DNA from: Parvibaculaceae bacterium | GTDB taxonomy: Bacteria > Pseudomonadota > Alphaproteobacteria > RS24 | NCBI GenBank assembly: GCA_965221415.1 | Contig: OZ244887.1 | Coordinates: 381,672-413,671 of the forward strand | Length of the DNA stretch: 32,000 nt | Direction: 5' to 3' | In this document: piece after piece, positions 7,086 through 15,700 of the stretch | Layout: each line of letters begins with the position of its first letter | How positions within the stretch are numbered: the stretch's first letter is position 1 | Position numbers and translations under genes: made by a program | Notes under the pieces: model-generated | Database searches by the model: none | Told to the model about the DNA's origin: nothing | The model's input: the letters and a program-made list of their open reading frames with translations, nothing else

Positions 7086-8326
7086 AAGGAAACAATATGA
7101 CAATTGAAACTGCCTCTCTGCCACATACGGCAGACCCTACGGAAACCAAAAAAGCGGTCGAGGAACTCCTCGCCACTTTTGAGGTTTTTAAACAAACCAA
7201 TGATGAGCGATTGGCGGAGATTGAAAGCCGCCAGTCTGCAGATGTGTTGCTTGAAGAAAAAGTTGACCGTATCAACAGTAAGATTTCTGAGTTGAATGCT
7301 GTGTCTCAGCGGCCTGCTCTGGAACAGAAAAACGATGCTGAACTCGACGAGATTGAGGCCAAAGCGGCCTTTGACGGGTATTTGCATGGTGCTGATATGG
7401 CACCTGCGAGCGACCTACGAGCGACTGCCTCGCCAGACCCGGTTACGTCATCGGACGGTTCTGTGTTCGTGCCGCAATATTTCGAACAGCTTTTGAATGA
7501 GGAAATCTCACGTGCGTCTCCCTTAGCGCGTTTGGCAAATCAGTTGACTGTATCGGTCAGTAGTACGCTGAAAGTGGTTGGGCATCCGGCTGAAATGGAA
7601 GCTGACTGGGCGGCTGATGAGGAGACTATACGCACGCACAGTGAAGCGCCTGACATTCACGAGGTGAGTATCAAGATGCATGAGCTTTATGCCAACCCGT
7701 CAGTGACGCAACGGTTTTTTGATGATGCCGATTTGGATGTTGAGAGCTGGCTGTTACAGTCTATGGCAGCGGCTTTCGCGGAAAAAGAAAATGACAGCTT
7801 TGTAAACGGCGTTAGCTCGAATACGCCTACTGGCATATTGTACGAACAGGTTGATTATACTGGTGCCGATTCTGCCAAAATACACGGCGTGAAAAGCGGT
7901 GTGTCTGGTAATCTTGCAAGAAGCCAACCAACCGATAAATTGTTGGATGTCTGTTACACGCTCGGAAGTCATTATCGTGCAAAGGCCAATTGGCTGATGA
8001 ACGCTAAAACACTGGCGACCATCCGTAAGTTGAAAGACAGTGGCGGAAGCTACATATGGACACCATCTTCCACGGTTGGCGAAGTGGCAAGTCTGTTGGG
8101 CTATCCAGTCTATGATGACTCCAATATGCCGGATGTTACCACCAATAAGAAACCCATCGCTTTTGGTGATTTCGGACGTGCTTATATGGTTATTCGCCGC
8201 GAACGGACGCAAATTATTCGCGATCCTTATTCGAAAAAACCGCTTGTGCAATTTTATACCACACGCGGCGTTGGTGGTCGGGTTGTTGACCCGAAAGCTC
8301 TCGTTGTTTTGCAGGCTGCTGCATAG
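7082..8326 (+). CDS. GTA major capsid protein (g5, HK97 fold)
   Basis: 414 aa with a coiled-coil, scaffold-like N-terminal region (AVEELLATFEVFKQTNDERLAEIE...) followed by a capsid body. ATGA overlap with the protease gene. An alternative start at 7097 (MTIETASL) is preceded by AAAGGAAAC. Confidence 0.92.
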   Translation: MKGNNMTIETASLPHTADPTETKKAVEELLATFEVFKQTNDERLAEIESRQSADVLLEEKVDRINSKISELNAVSQRPALEQKNDAELDEIEAKAAFDGYLHGADMAPASDLRATASPDPVTSSDGSVFVPQYFEQLLNEEISRASPLARLANQLTVSVSSTLKVVGHPAEMEADWAADEETIRTHSEAPDIHEVSIKMHELYANPSVTQRFFDDADLDVESWLLQSMAAAFAEKENDSFVNGVSSNTPTGILYEQVDYTGADSAKIHGVKSGVSGNLARSQPTDKLLDVCYTLGSHYRAKANWLMNAKTLATIRKLKDSGGSYIWTPSSTVGEVASLLGYPVYDDSNMPDVTTNKKPIAFGDFGRAYMVIRRERTQIIRDPYSKKPLVQFYTTRGVGGRVVDPKALVVLQAAA

Positions 8327-8886
8327 TGAGTGCGTTGCTCATTAATGGGCCAGCGGCCGAACCTGTTTCGGTAGTTGAGCTGCGCCAGCATTTGCGTCTT
8401 GGGGATGGACAAGACGCGGTGCTGGCCAGTCTCATCGCTGCGGCGCGGATGATGGTCGAGGCACAATCAGGCCTGCGGCTTATCAATCAACAGTGGCGTA
8501 TCTTGCTGGATGACTGGCCAGATGGCCATTTGACCTTGCCGCTTACCCCCGTCAATGCGGTGCAAAGCATCCGTGTGCTGGGAACAGAAAGCGTAACGTT
8601 GGATGCCGACCAGTATCGTCTTGAAAAAGATACAAGGCCTGCGCGTTTGGTGTTTATCGGCAATGATTTTCCGCGTCCCCAACGCGCCGCACTTGGCATT
8701 GAGATTAATGTGCAAGTCGGCTTTGGGGCAAGGGCGGAAGATGTCCCTGCCGATTTGCAATTGGCTGTGTTGAAGCTCGCGGCGCATTGGTACGATGTTG
8801 ATGATTGGAGCCAGAATTCGAGTGAGCAGGCATTGCCTTCCGAAGTGGCGCTTATTGTAAACGCTCACCGTGTGACACGCCTATAA
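8326..8886 (+). CDS. GTA head-tail adaptor/connector (g6, phage gp6-like)
   Basis: 186 aa with a GTG start overlapping the capsid stop. VELRQHLRL...LIAAARMMVE matches the head-tail connector (gp6-like) pattern, and the position matches RcGTA g6. Confidence 0.8.
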   Translation: MSALLINGPAAEPVSVVELRQHLRLGDGQDAVLASLIAAARMMVEAQSGLRLINQQWRILLDDWPDGHLTLPLTPVNAVQSIRVLGTESVTLDADQYRLEKDTRPARLVFIGNDFPRPQRAALGIEINVQVGFGARAEDVPADLQLAVLKLAAHWYDVDDWSQNSSEQALPSEVALIVNAHRVTRL

Positions 8887-9200
8887 TGTCGCGCTATCAA
8901 AGTTTCCAATTGGAACGCGCCGTCGCATCAGTCGGGCATGTGGAATGGGAAAGCCTCGCCGAAGTTTTCGTGCGGCTGACCCCCATGCGGCATCGCGTGT
9001 CGGTACGCCATGGCAGCGAAACCTTATTAGCAACGCATGAAGCGCGCTTGCGTCATGGCGCACCAGTCAAGGCTGGCATGCGCTTTCGGCGCGAGGGGCG
9101 CGTATTGCTGATACATAATGTTGAGCCGATGGGACGACGCGAGGGCTGGTTGTCTTGTTTATGTGAAGAACAACAAAACCTTGCACCGGAGGTCTCATGA
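8886..9200 (+). CDS. GTA head closure/stopper protein (g7)
   Basis: 104 aa with a TAATG overlap with g6. Size and position match the SPP1 gp16-like head-tail joining protein of RcGTA. Confidence 0.75.
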   Translation: MSRYQSFQLERAVASVGHVEWESLAEVFVRLTPMRHRVSVRHGSETLLATHEARLRHGAPVKAGMRFRREGRVLLIHNVEPMGRREGWLSCLCEEQQNLAPEVS

Positions 9201-9589
9201 AGCGTGACGGACACGAACTGCAAAAGGCTATTTTTACCGCAATAGAGAACGAGGCGACCTTAGTGGATCGATTTACGGTCTATGCGGGGGCTGATACTTT
9301 GCCGCAATTTTCATATGATGGCATGCGCTCGACGTGGCGCGACCGTGCGCAGGCTTTGGTTGAACACCGCGTGAGCTTTTCTGTTTGGTCACCACAGGCG
9401 GGCTTTGACGATGCCGATAAGGTGAATAATCAGCTGAGCCAGACCCTTGCAGATGTCCAGCTGACATTACCATTGCGGCTTGTGATGTTTAACCTATTGC
9501 TCGTTGATGGACAGTTGGATGGCGCCAGTCGCCATTGGCGTCAGCGATTAACTTTTCTCGCCCTTACACAAAATATGGATGAATTATGA
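9197..9589 (+). CDS. GTA tail terminator (g8, DUF3168-like)
   Basis: 130 aa with an ATGA overlap with g7. Position and size match RcGTA g8. Confidence 0.7.
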   Translation: MKRDGHELQKAIFTAIENEATLVDRFTVYAGADTLPQFSYDGMRSTWRDRAQALVEHRVSFSVWSPQAGFDDADKVNNQLSQTLADVQLTLPLRLVMFNLLLVDGQLDGASRHWRQRLTFLALTQNMDEL

Positions 9590-9993
9590 GCGTTTCACTT
9601 GGCGACTATTTTTTGTTGCAAGTGCAAAATAGCGACGATGAATTTGTTGCTATGGCGGGCTTGCGCACGCGGGTATTGGCGTTGCAGGCGCGCCCGCTTG
9701 AGCGACTTGATTTCGCGGTGCAAGGCTGGCGGCATTTGCAAGCTGCCAGTGGTGTGCACGCGTTGAATGTCGCGGGCAATGGCTTGTTTACAAATCAGGC
9801 GGCGGATCATTTGGTGCGCCAATTATTTATGAATGGGAAGCATGCGATGGCGCGTATTATCGTGCCTGAGTTTGGCCATTTCACGGGGTCGTTTGCGGTC
9901 ACTGAATTAGCCTATGAGGGGCGCAATGAAGAGGCTGTGAGTTGGCGCGTGGCGTTGCAATCAGCAGGCGAGGTTGCCTTTGCCGTGGCGTGA
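9586..9993 (+). CDS. GTA major tail (tube) protein (g9, TP901-1-like)
   Basis: 135 aa with an ATGA overlap with g8. Position, size and beta-rich composition are consistent with the RcGTA tube protein. Confidence 0.8.
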   Translation: MSVSLGDYFLLQVQNSDDEFVAMAGLRTRVLALQARPLERLDFAVQGWRHLQAASGVHALNVAGNGLFTNQAADHLVRQLFMNGKHAMARIIVPEFGHFTGSFAVTELAYEGRNEEAVSWRVALQSAGEVAFAVA

Positions 9994-10333
9994 TTGGCTA
10001 TTTGCTAACCGTTATCGTGGCGAGGTCGTCGGGCGGATTAATGGTCGCCGTCGCGTGATGCGCTTGACATTGGCGGCGCTGGCGCAATTGGAGACTTGTT
10101 ATGGCGAGCGGGATATTTTGCAGCTATTGGGCGGCTTTGCTGAGACGGGTCTGACGGCACGCGACACAGAAAATATTTTGCGCGCTGGGTTGGCCGCGAC
10201 GCAAGACGAGTTGTCCGTCACTGGCGCGCCCTTGGATGTCGAGGGTGGCCATGCGGCGGCCATGCAGTTGGCGACTTTATTAATGGAACGTGCTTTTGCG
10301 CCTTCATCGGAATTCAAAAAGGAACAAAAATAA
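9974..10333 (+). CDS. GTA tail assembly chaperone (g10)
   Basis: 119 aa. ANRYRGEVVGRINGRRRVMRLTLAALAQLE resembles the conserved N-terminus of 'gene transfer agent family protein' g10. The start (TTG at 9974 or 9980) is uncertain and overlaps the end of g9. Confidence 0.8.
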   Translation: MPLPWRDWLFANRYRGEVVGRINGRRRVMRLTLAALAQLETCYGERDILQLLGGFAETGLTARDTENILRAGLAATQDELSVTGAPLDVEGGHAAAMQLATLLMERAFAPSSEFKKEQK

Positions 10334-10539
10334 TGAGCGAATGTTTTCCATGGCAGCGATTGTTTCGCATGGCGATGATGCGGGGGCTTGCGCCCGACCA
10401 GCTGTGGCAGATGACGGCGGGTGAGATGTATAGCTTGCTGCTCAATCAGCAGAGCGCGCCCGTGTCGAACGAGATTCTAGACGCATTGGTACGCACTGCC
10501 GACAAGCAGTGTGCGCGCCAAGATGGGGAGGCGGCTTAA
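10333..10539 (+). CDS. GTA g10.1 (rcc01693-family phage tail assembly chaperone-like protein)
   Basis: 68 aa (MSECFPWQRLFRMAMMRGLAPDQLWQMTAGEMYSLL) matching the short conserved protein that follows g10 in RcGTA-type clusters. TAATG overlaps at both ends. It lies in the -1 frame relative to g10. Confidence 0.8.
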   Translation: MSECFPWQRLFRMAMMRGLAPDQLWQMTAGEMYSLLLNQQSAPVSNEILDALVRTADKQCARQDGEAA

Positions 10540-10823
10540 TGCCGGCGCGGTTTGAAGATAATGCGCGCGATTTTGCACGCCGCGTTTCTGATGCTGATGG
10601 GGCAGGTGATGTGCTCTCTGCTCTCGCACAATATGATGGTCGTCTGAAAGACCTCATCGACCAGATTGAAAACAATAAGAGCCAGATGGATGATGCGCTT
10701 GGATTTATTCGGGTGTTGTTGAATACGCAGCAAGCGGCGACATCTGGCACGTCAGGAAACGGGCGTAATCAGGCGCAATGGCAAAATGTGTTGGGGCGCA
10801 TTTTAAGCCCGAGCGAGGAGTAA
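10539..10823 (+). CDS. GTA tape-measure-position protein (g11), unusually short
   Basis: It is the only ORF between g10.1 and g12. The ATG at 10539 forms a TAATG overlap with g10.1, and the track ORF starts at 10509. It is 94 aa with helical, charged composition (LKDLIDQIENNKSQMDDALGFIRVLL). Confidence 0.6.
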   Translation: MPARFEDNARDFARRVSDADGAGDVLSALAQYDGRLKDLIDQIENNKSQMDDALGFIRVLLNTQQAATSGTSGNGRNQAQWQNVLGRILSPSEE

Positions 10824-10826
10824 ATA

Positions 10827-11486
10827 ATGACATCTTCGCACACAAGTTTTCACGACACAGACCTGCCCGATGAATTGGCGATGGCGGTGCGGCGCGAGCA
10901 AATCTTTCGCACAGATATCGTCGAGACGGGTTCTGGCTTTGAGTTTCGCAATGCAACGCATGGTGCGCCGCGCCGTCGTTATACGTTGGATACGGGGCCA
11001 CGCCCGCTGAGTGAATTGCGCACATTGGCACGCTTTTTCGAAGCACGGCGTGGTCGCCAATACGGTTTTTTATTGCGCGATTGGTTAGAGACGCACTCAG
11101 GCGTGGGCGATGCGCCCACGGCATCCGACCAAAGCCTATCTGCGCTTGACGATGATGGTTTGGTGTTTGGTTTGCAAATCACCCATACCCAAGGCGGCGT
11201 TTCTTGGCAGCGCAACATTGTAAAGCCTGAAGCCGATACGCTGTTGTTGGCGAAAGATGGCACGCCTTTGGTCAGTGGCACAGATTTTACTCTGGATGCC
11301 AGCCAAGGGATTGTGCGCCTTACGCAAAGTCTGGCTGAGAATGAGGAGCTGACGGCGGGATTTTATTTTTATGTGCCAGTGCGCTTTGATGCGGATCAGA
11401 TTGAGATGACCCGCTTGTCGGGTGATTTGGCGAATTTAACGCCGCTGCCTTTGGTTGAGATTCCTTTAAGTCGCGTGGTGCAATAA
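10827..11486 (+). CDS. GTA distal tail protein (g12, DUF2460 family)
   Basis: 219 aa with a GAGGAG RBS. TDIVETGSGFEFRNATHGAPRRRYTLDTG parallels the conserved N-terminal block of RcGTA g12-type proteins. Confidence 0.85.
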   Translation: MTSSHTSFHDTDLPDELAMAVRREQIFRTDIVETGSGFEFRNATHGAPRRRYTLDTGPRPLSELRTLARFFEARRGRQYGFLLRDWLETHSGVGDAPTASDQSLSALDDDGLVFGLQITHTQGGVSWQRNIVKPEADTLLLAKDGTPLVSGTDFTLDASQGIVRLTQSLAENEELTAGFYFYVPVRFDADQIEMTRLSGDLANLTPLPLVEIPLSRVVQ

Positions 11487-12328
11487 TGCGTATTTTGCCG
11501 TCTTCTATGCGCACATCGATCGACCAAGGGGTTACGCATTTTTGCCATTGTTGGCATATTACGCGCCGCGATGGTACGGTTTTAGGGCTAACCAATCATG
11601 ATGATGATGTGGTTTTCAAAGATGTTCGGTTTCATGCCGAGGCGGGGATTACCCTATCGGCGCTTGATGCGCGACTGGGGCTTGATGCCGCCCGCCCCGA
11701 AGCCGAGGGTGTTTTGCATAATGGGTATCTGCAAGCCGATGATTTAGCTGCGGGTCTATATGATGCCGCGCAATTTGATTTATGGTTGGTGGATTGGCAA
11801 GCGCCAGAAAATCGATTGCTGCTTATGGTTGGTCAATTTGGTGCGGTGCGGTTGGAGGGCGACCGATTTGCGGTGCGCTTGCAGCCGACGGGTGATGGGT
11901 TCAATCAGCCGCGAGGCCGCCTATTTCAAAAACTATGCGATGCGGCTTTAGGCGATAAGCGGTGCCGTGCTTTGGTGACTGTCGCGCCGTTTCAAATTGA
12001 AGCTGAAGTTTTGCGCGTGACGGGTGCGTTATTGGTTATTGCTGCGCAATCGCATGCTGCCGATTGGTTCGCGCATGGGACGATTATAACGCATGGCGGG
12101 CGACGCCTCACTGTGCGCGCCGATGTGAAAACCGATACCGAGCGCCATCTGCATCTTTGGCAAGATGCGACGGCGCTCGTGCAGGTTGGCGATTTGGTGC
12201 AGGTGCGAAGCGGCTGTGACAAACAGATTTCAACCTGCAAAGCGAAGTTTTCCAATGTCATTAATTATCAAGGCTTTCCCGATTTATCGGATGATAAAGT
12301 CTTGATTGAGATTGCGAGTGGCGATTGA
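11486..12328 (+). CDS. GTA baseplate hub protein (g13, DUF2163 plus BR0599-like domain)
   Basis: 280 aa with a TAATG overlap with g12. THFCHCWHITRRDGTVLGLTNHD and the C-terminal CDKQISTCKAKFSNVINYQGFP are hallmark motifs of this family. Confidence 0.88.
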   Translation: MRILPSSMRTSIDQGVTHFCHCWHITRRDGTVLGLTNHDDDVVFKDVRFHAEAGITLSALDARLGLDAARPEAEGVLHNGYLQADDLAAGLYDAAQFDLWLVDWQAPENRLLLMVGQFGAVRLEGDRFAVRLQPTGDGFNQPRGRLFQKLCDAALGDKRCRALVTVAPFQIEAEVLRVTGALLVIAAQSHAADWFAHGTIITHGGRRLTVRADVKTDTERHLHLWQDATALVQVGDLVQVRSGCDKQISTCKAKFSNVINYQGFPDLSDDKVLIEIASGD

Positions 12329-12777
12329 GCCCCTCTCTTTCTTTAGATGATAAAGTGATTGCCGAAGCGTTGAGCTGGTGCGGTACGCCGTATCAACATC
12401 AGGCGAGTTGCAAGGGCGTGGGCACGGATTGCCTCGGCTTGTTGCGCGGGGTGTATCGCGCGCTATATGGTGCCGAACCACAAATGCCGCCGCCTTATGG
12501 GCCTTATGCTGAAGCGGGCGAGGCGGCCTTGTTGCACATGGCGGCACAGACTTATTTGTCAGAGACCGATGCGCCGCTTGCAGGCGGACAGGTCTTACTG
12601 TTTCAAATGCGTCGTCGCTATCCACCGCGTCATGTCGGCATTGCTATTTCTGCCGACCATATGGTGCATGCTTTGTCGAGCGGGCATGTCTGCACCACTG
12701 CGTTAGCCCCATGGTGGCAGCGCCATTTGGTTGCCCGCTTTACCTTTCCTAAAAAACGAGCTTACCCTCATGAGTGA
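12325..12777 (+). CDS. GTA NlpC/P60-family cell-wall peptidase (g14)
   Basis: 150 aa. WCGTPYQHQASCKGVGTDCLGLLRGVY contains the catalytic Cys and PRHVGI the His, as in the phage NlpC family. The TTG start overlaps the g13 stop, and GTG at 12355 is an alternative. Confidence 0.88.
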   Translation: MSPSLSLDDKVIAEALSWCGTPYQHQASCKGVGTDCLGLLRGVYRALYGAEPQMPPPYGPYAEAGEAALLHMAAQTYLSETDAPLAGGQVLLFQMRRRYPPRHVGIAISADHMVHALSSGHVCTTALAPWWQRHLVARFTFPKKRAYPHE

Positions 12778-15700
12778 TATTTTTTCTGGCGGCGGCGATG
12801 GTGGTGATGGTGGTGGCGGCTTCGATTGGCTGCAACTGGCTTTATACGCCGCGACACAAAGCAATCAGCCCGACGCACCGATACGCGAAGGTCGCCGTCT
12901 TACAAATTTACAATTGCTGACAGCACGACCGGGTCATCCGATAACGCGGGTGTATGGCCGTATGCGTATTGGCGGGCAGATTATTTGGCGCAGCAAAGTG
13001 CGCGAGCATGTCAGCGAAAGCGGCGGCGATGACGGTGATAAAGGCGGCGGTGGTTCTGCAACGCCGCGCCAGCGCAATTATCGCTATACATTGCATCTGG
13101 CGGTTGGTTTATGCGAAGGGCCGATTAGCCATATTGGTCGCGTCTGGGCTGATGGCAAGCCGCTTGATACGACGCAGATGAATATGCATTTGCATTGCGG
13201 CGAGACGGACGCATCGGCCGATTCACTTATCGAAGGGGCGATGGGGGTTGATGCCACGCCGGCGTTTCGCGGTCTGGCTTATGTTGTGCTGCGCGATTTT
13301 GACATTAGCCGCTTTGGTAATCGTGTGCCGCAGATGAGCTTCGAAGTGTTCCGCGCGGTTTCAGAGGAGGTATCGCCGACAAAGGCGGTTTGCTTATTGC
13401 CGGGCGCGAGCGAGTTTGCCTATCACCCCGAGCCGCATATTCAGGTGATTGGCATTGGGCGTGGGCGCAGCGAAAATCTCAACACGCATGCGGGGCAGTC
13501 GGATTGGGATATATCGATTGACCAATTGCAGCAGGCGCATCCTCAGTGTCAGCGCGTGGCTTTGGTCGTGGCGTGGTTTGGCACAGATTTACGCGCCGCC
13601 GAATGTCGTATTTTGCCCAAGGTTGATAATAAGTCGAAACATACATTGCCGACGCAATGGCATGTGGCGGGTCTTAATCGCGGTGATGCCGAACGCGTAT
13701 CTGAGATAGATGGTCGCCCGTCATTTGGCGGCACGCCGTCGGATGGTGCGGTGGTCGCTGCCATTCGCGATTTGCATGCGCGTGGGTTTGAGGTGCTGTT
13801 TTATCCGTTTATTATGATGGATATCGCGCCTGATAATGAATTGCCACAGCCGCATAATGGCGCACAAGGACAGCCGGCGTTTCCGTGGCGCGGGCGTATT
13901 ACGCGTGATGCCTCTGACCAAAGCGCATCGGCACGCGAACAAGTCCGACGTTTTGTTGAGGGGCGCAGCAGCAATGATGCTTTTTGTTTGGCTGGCATGG
14001 TGCGTCATTACGCTGAATTATGCGCGCGCGCAGGCGGGGTCGAAGCGTTTTTGATTGCCTCTGAATTGCCGGGGCTATCGCGGATGCATGATGGGGGCGA
14101 TTATCCCTTTGCGGGTTATTTGAGGACGCTTGCGGCAGAGGTGCGCGCCAAGCTTCCCGATAGCAAGATTTCTTATGCGGCTGATTGGAGCGAATATGGC
14201 GCGCATGCCATGCCCGATGGCGATGTTGGTTTCCCGCTGGATGCGTTTTGGGCTGACGATAATTGCGATTTTATTGGCATTGATAATTATTTGCCTTTGG
14301 CGGATTGGCGCGACGGGCCGGATCATTTAGATGCGCAGCCGAGCAAAGATGGCAGCATTTCGGGGCTTGATATTTACGATGCGGATTATTTGCAGGCCAA
14401 TGTGCGCGGCGGCGAGTATTTTGATTGGTATTATAAAACGGCGGCTGACCGTGCCACTCAGACTCGTACGCCGATAACCGATGGGCATGATGAGGCGTGG
14501 GTTTTCCGCGCCAAAGATTTGCATGGCTGGTGGGCGAACGCACACCATACGCGCCGTCAGCATCAGCGTGGGGCGGCGACATCATGGACGCCGAAAATGA
14601 AGCCGATATGGTTTACTGAATTGGGGTGTCCGGCTGTCGATAAGGGCGCGAACCAGCCGAATGTGTTTCCCGATACGCGCTCGTCGGAGGGCGCGATTCC
14701 GCATTTTTCGAATGGTGCGCGGGATGACCAGATGCAGTCGGCTTATCTGGCGGCGATGATTGATTTTTATGAAAAGCCAGAAAATAATCCGCAGGCGCAG
14801 ACTTATGGCGCGTCGATGGTGGCGATAGACCAGAGCTATATTTGGGCGTGGGATGCGCGCCCTTTCCCGAGTTTTCCGTTCCGTCTTGATGTGTGGAGCG
14901 ATGGGCGAAACTGGCATACGGGTCATTGGCTAAATGGGCGTTATGCAAGCGCACCATTGACGCCACTATTGCGTAGCTTGGCGGGTGGTAATTTACTGAC
15001 GCATGATATTTCGGGCGTGGTGGATGGCTATGCGTTGCGCGGGGTGACGACTGCGGCGGATGATATGCTGCCGTTATTGCGTGCGTTTGCCATTGATGCG
15101 ATGGCGGGACAATCGCATATGCGGTTGCAAGGACGCGCCAATCGACCCGTGCGTGCAATAGATGATGATGATATTTTGGCACGCGCCAATGGGGCGAGCA
15201 GTTTGGTGCATGGGGTCACGGCGGCGGATAAATTGCCGCGCCGTTTTGATGTGCATTATCTCGATGCCGAGGGCGATTACGGTGCGGCGCATGTGAGCGC
15301 GCGCCATGAGGCAGGCGAGCAGCCTGTGGCGCAGCTAAACTTGCCCGTCGCGATGAGCGGTGCGATGGCGGCGCGATTAGCGGCGCGGCTGCTTTATGAA
15401 GCGCGGGGGCAAAGCGAAACGATTAGTTTGCGCTTGCCGCCATCATATTTGGACATGGAAATCGGCGATATTATCCGCCTTACCGAGGTGTTGTGGCGGG
15501 TGACTGAAATCACCTATGGCACTGTGTTGGAAGTGCAAGCGCAGCGTTTTCAGTCGGGTTTATATGGTGCTTATGCGAGTGCTTCGGGGTCGGCGAGCTT
15601 GCCAGAGACGGTTGGGCAAGTGGCGTTTCCCGCGATGTATTGGCTTGATTTGCCCGCGCCTGCGCTGCGCTATCAAGCCCCTGCGGGGGCTGCGGGTGTG

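Noticed and set aside
12731-12769. N-terminal extensions proposed by the ORF track for g15 (12731), ACAD-1 (26391), ccmE (18670), ccmH (21032), the ABC ATPase (2133) and g11 (10509).
   Set aside because: In each case an internal ATG gives a canonical ATGA/TAATG/TGATG coupling with the upstream gene or follows a strong RBS (GAAGGAGG before 26433). The conserved family N-terminus also begins at that Met. The extensions overlap upstream coding sequence.
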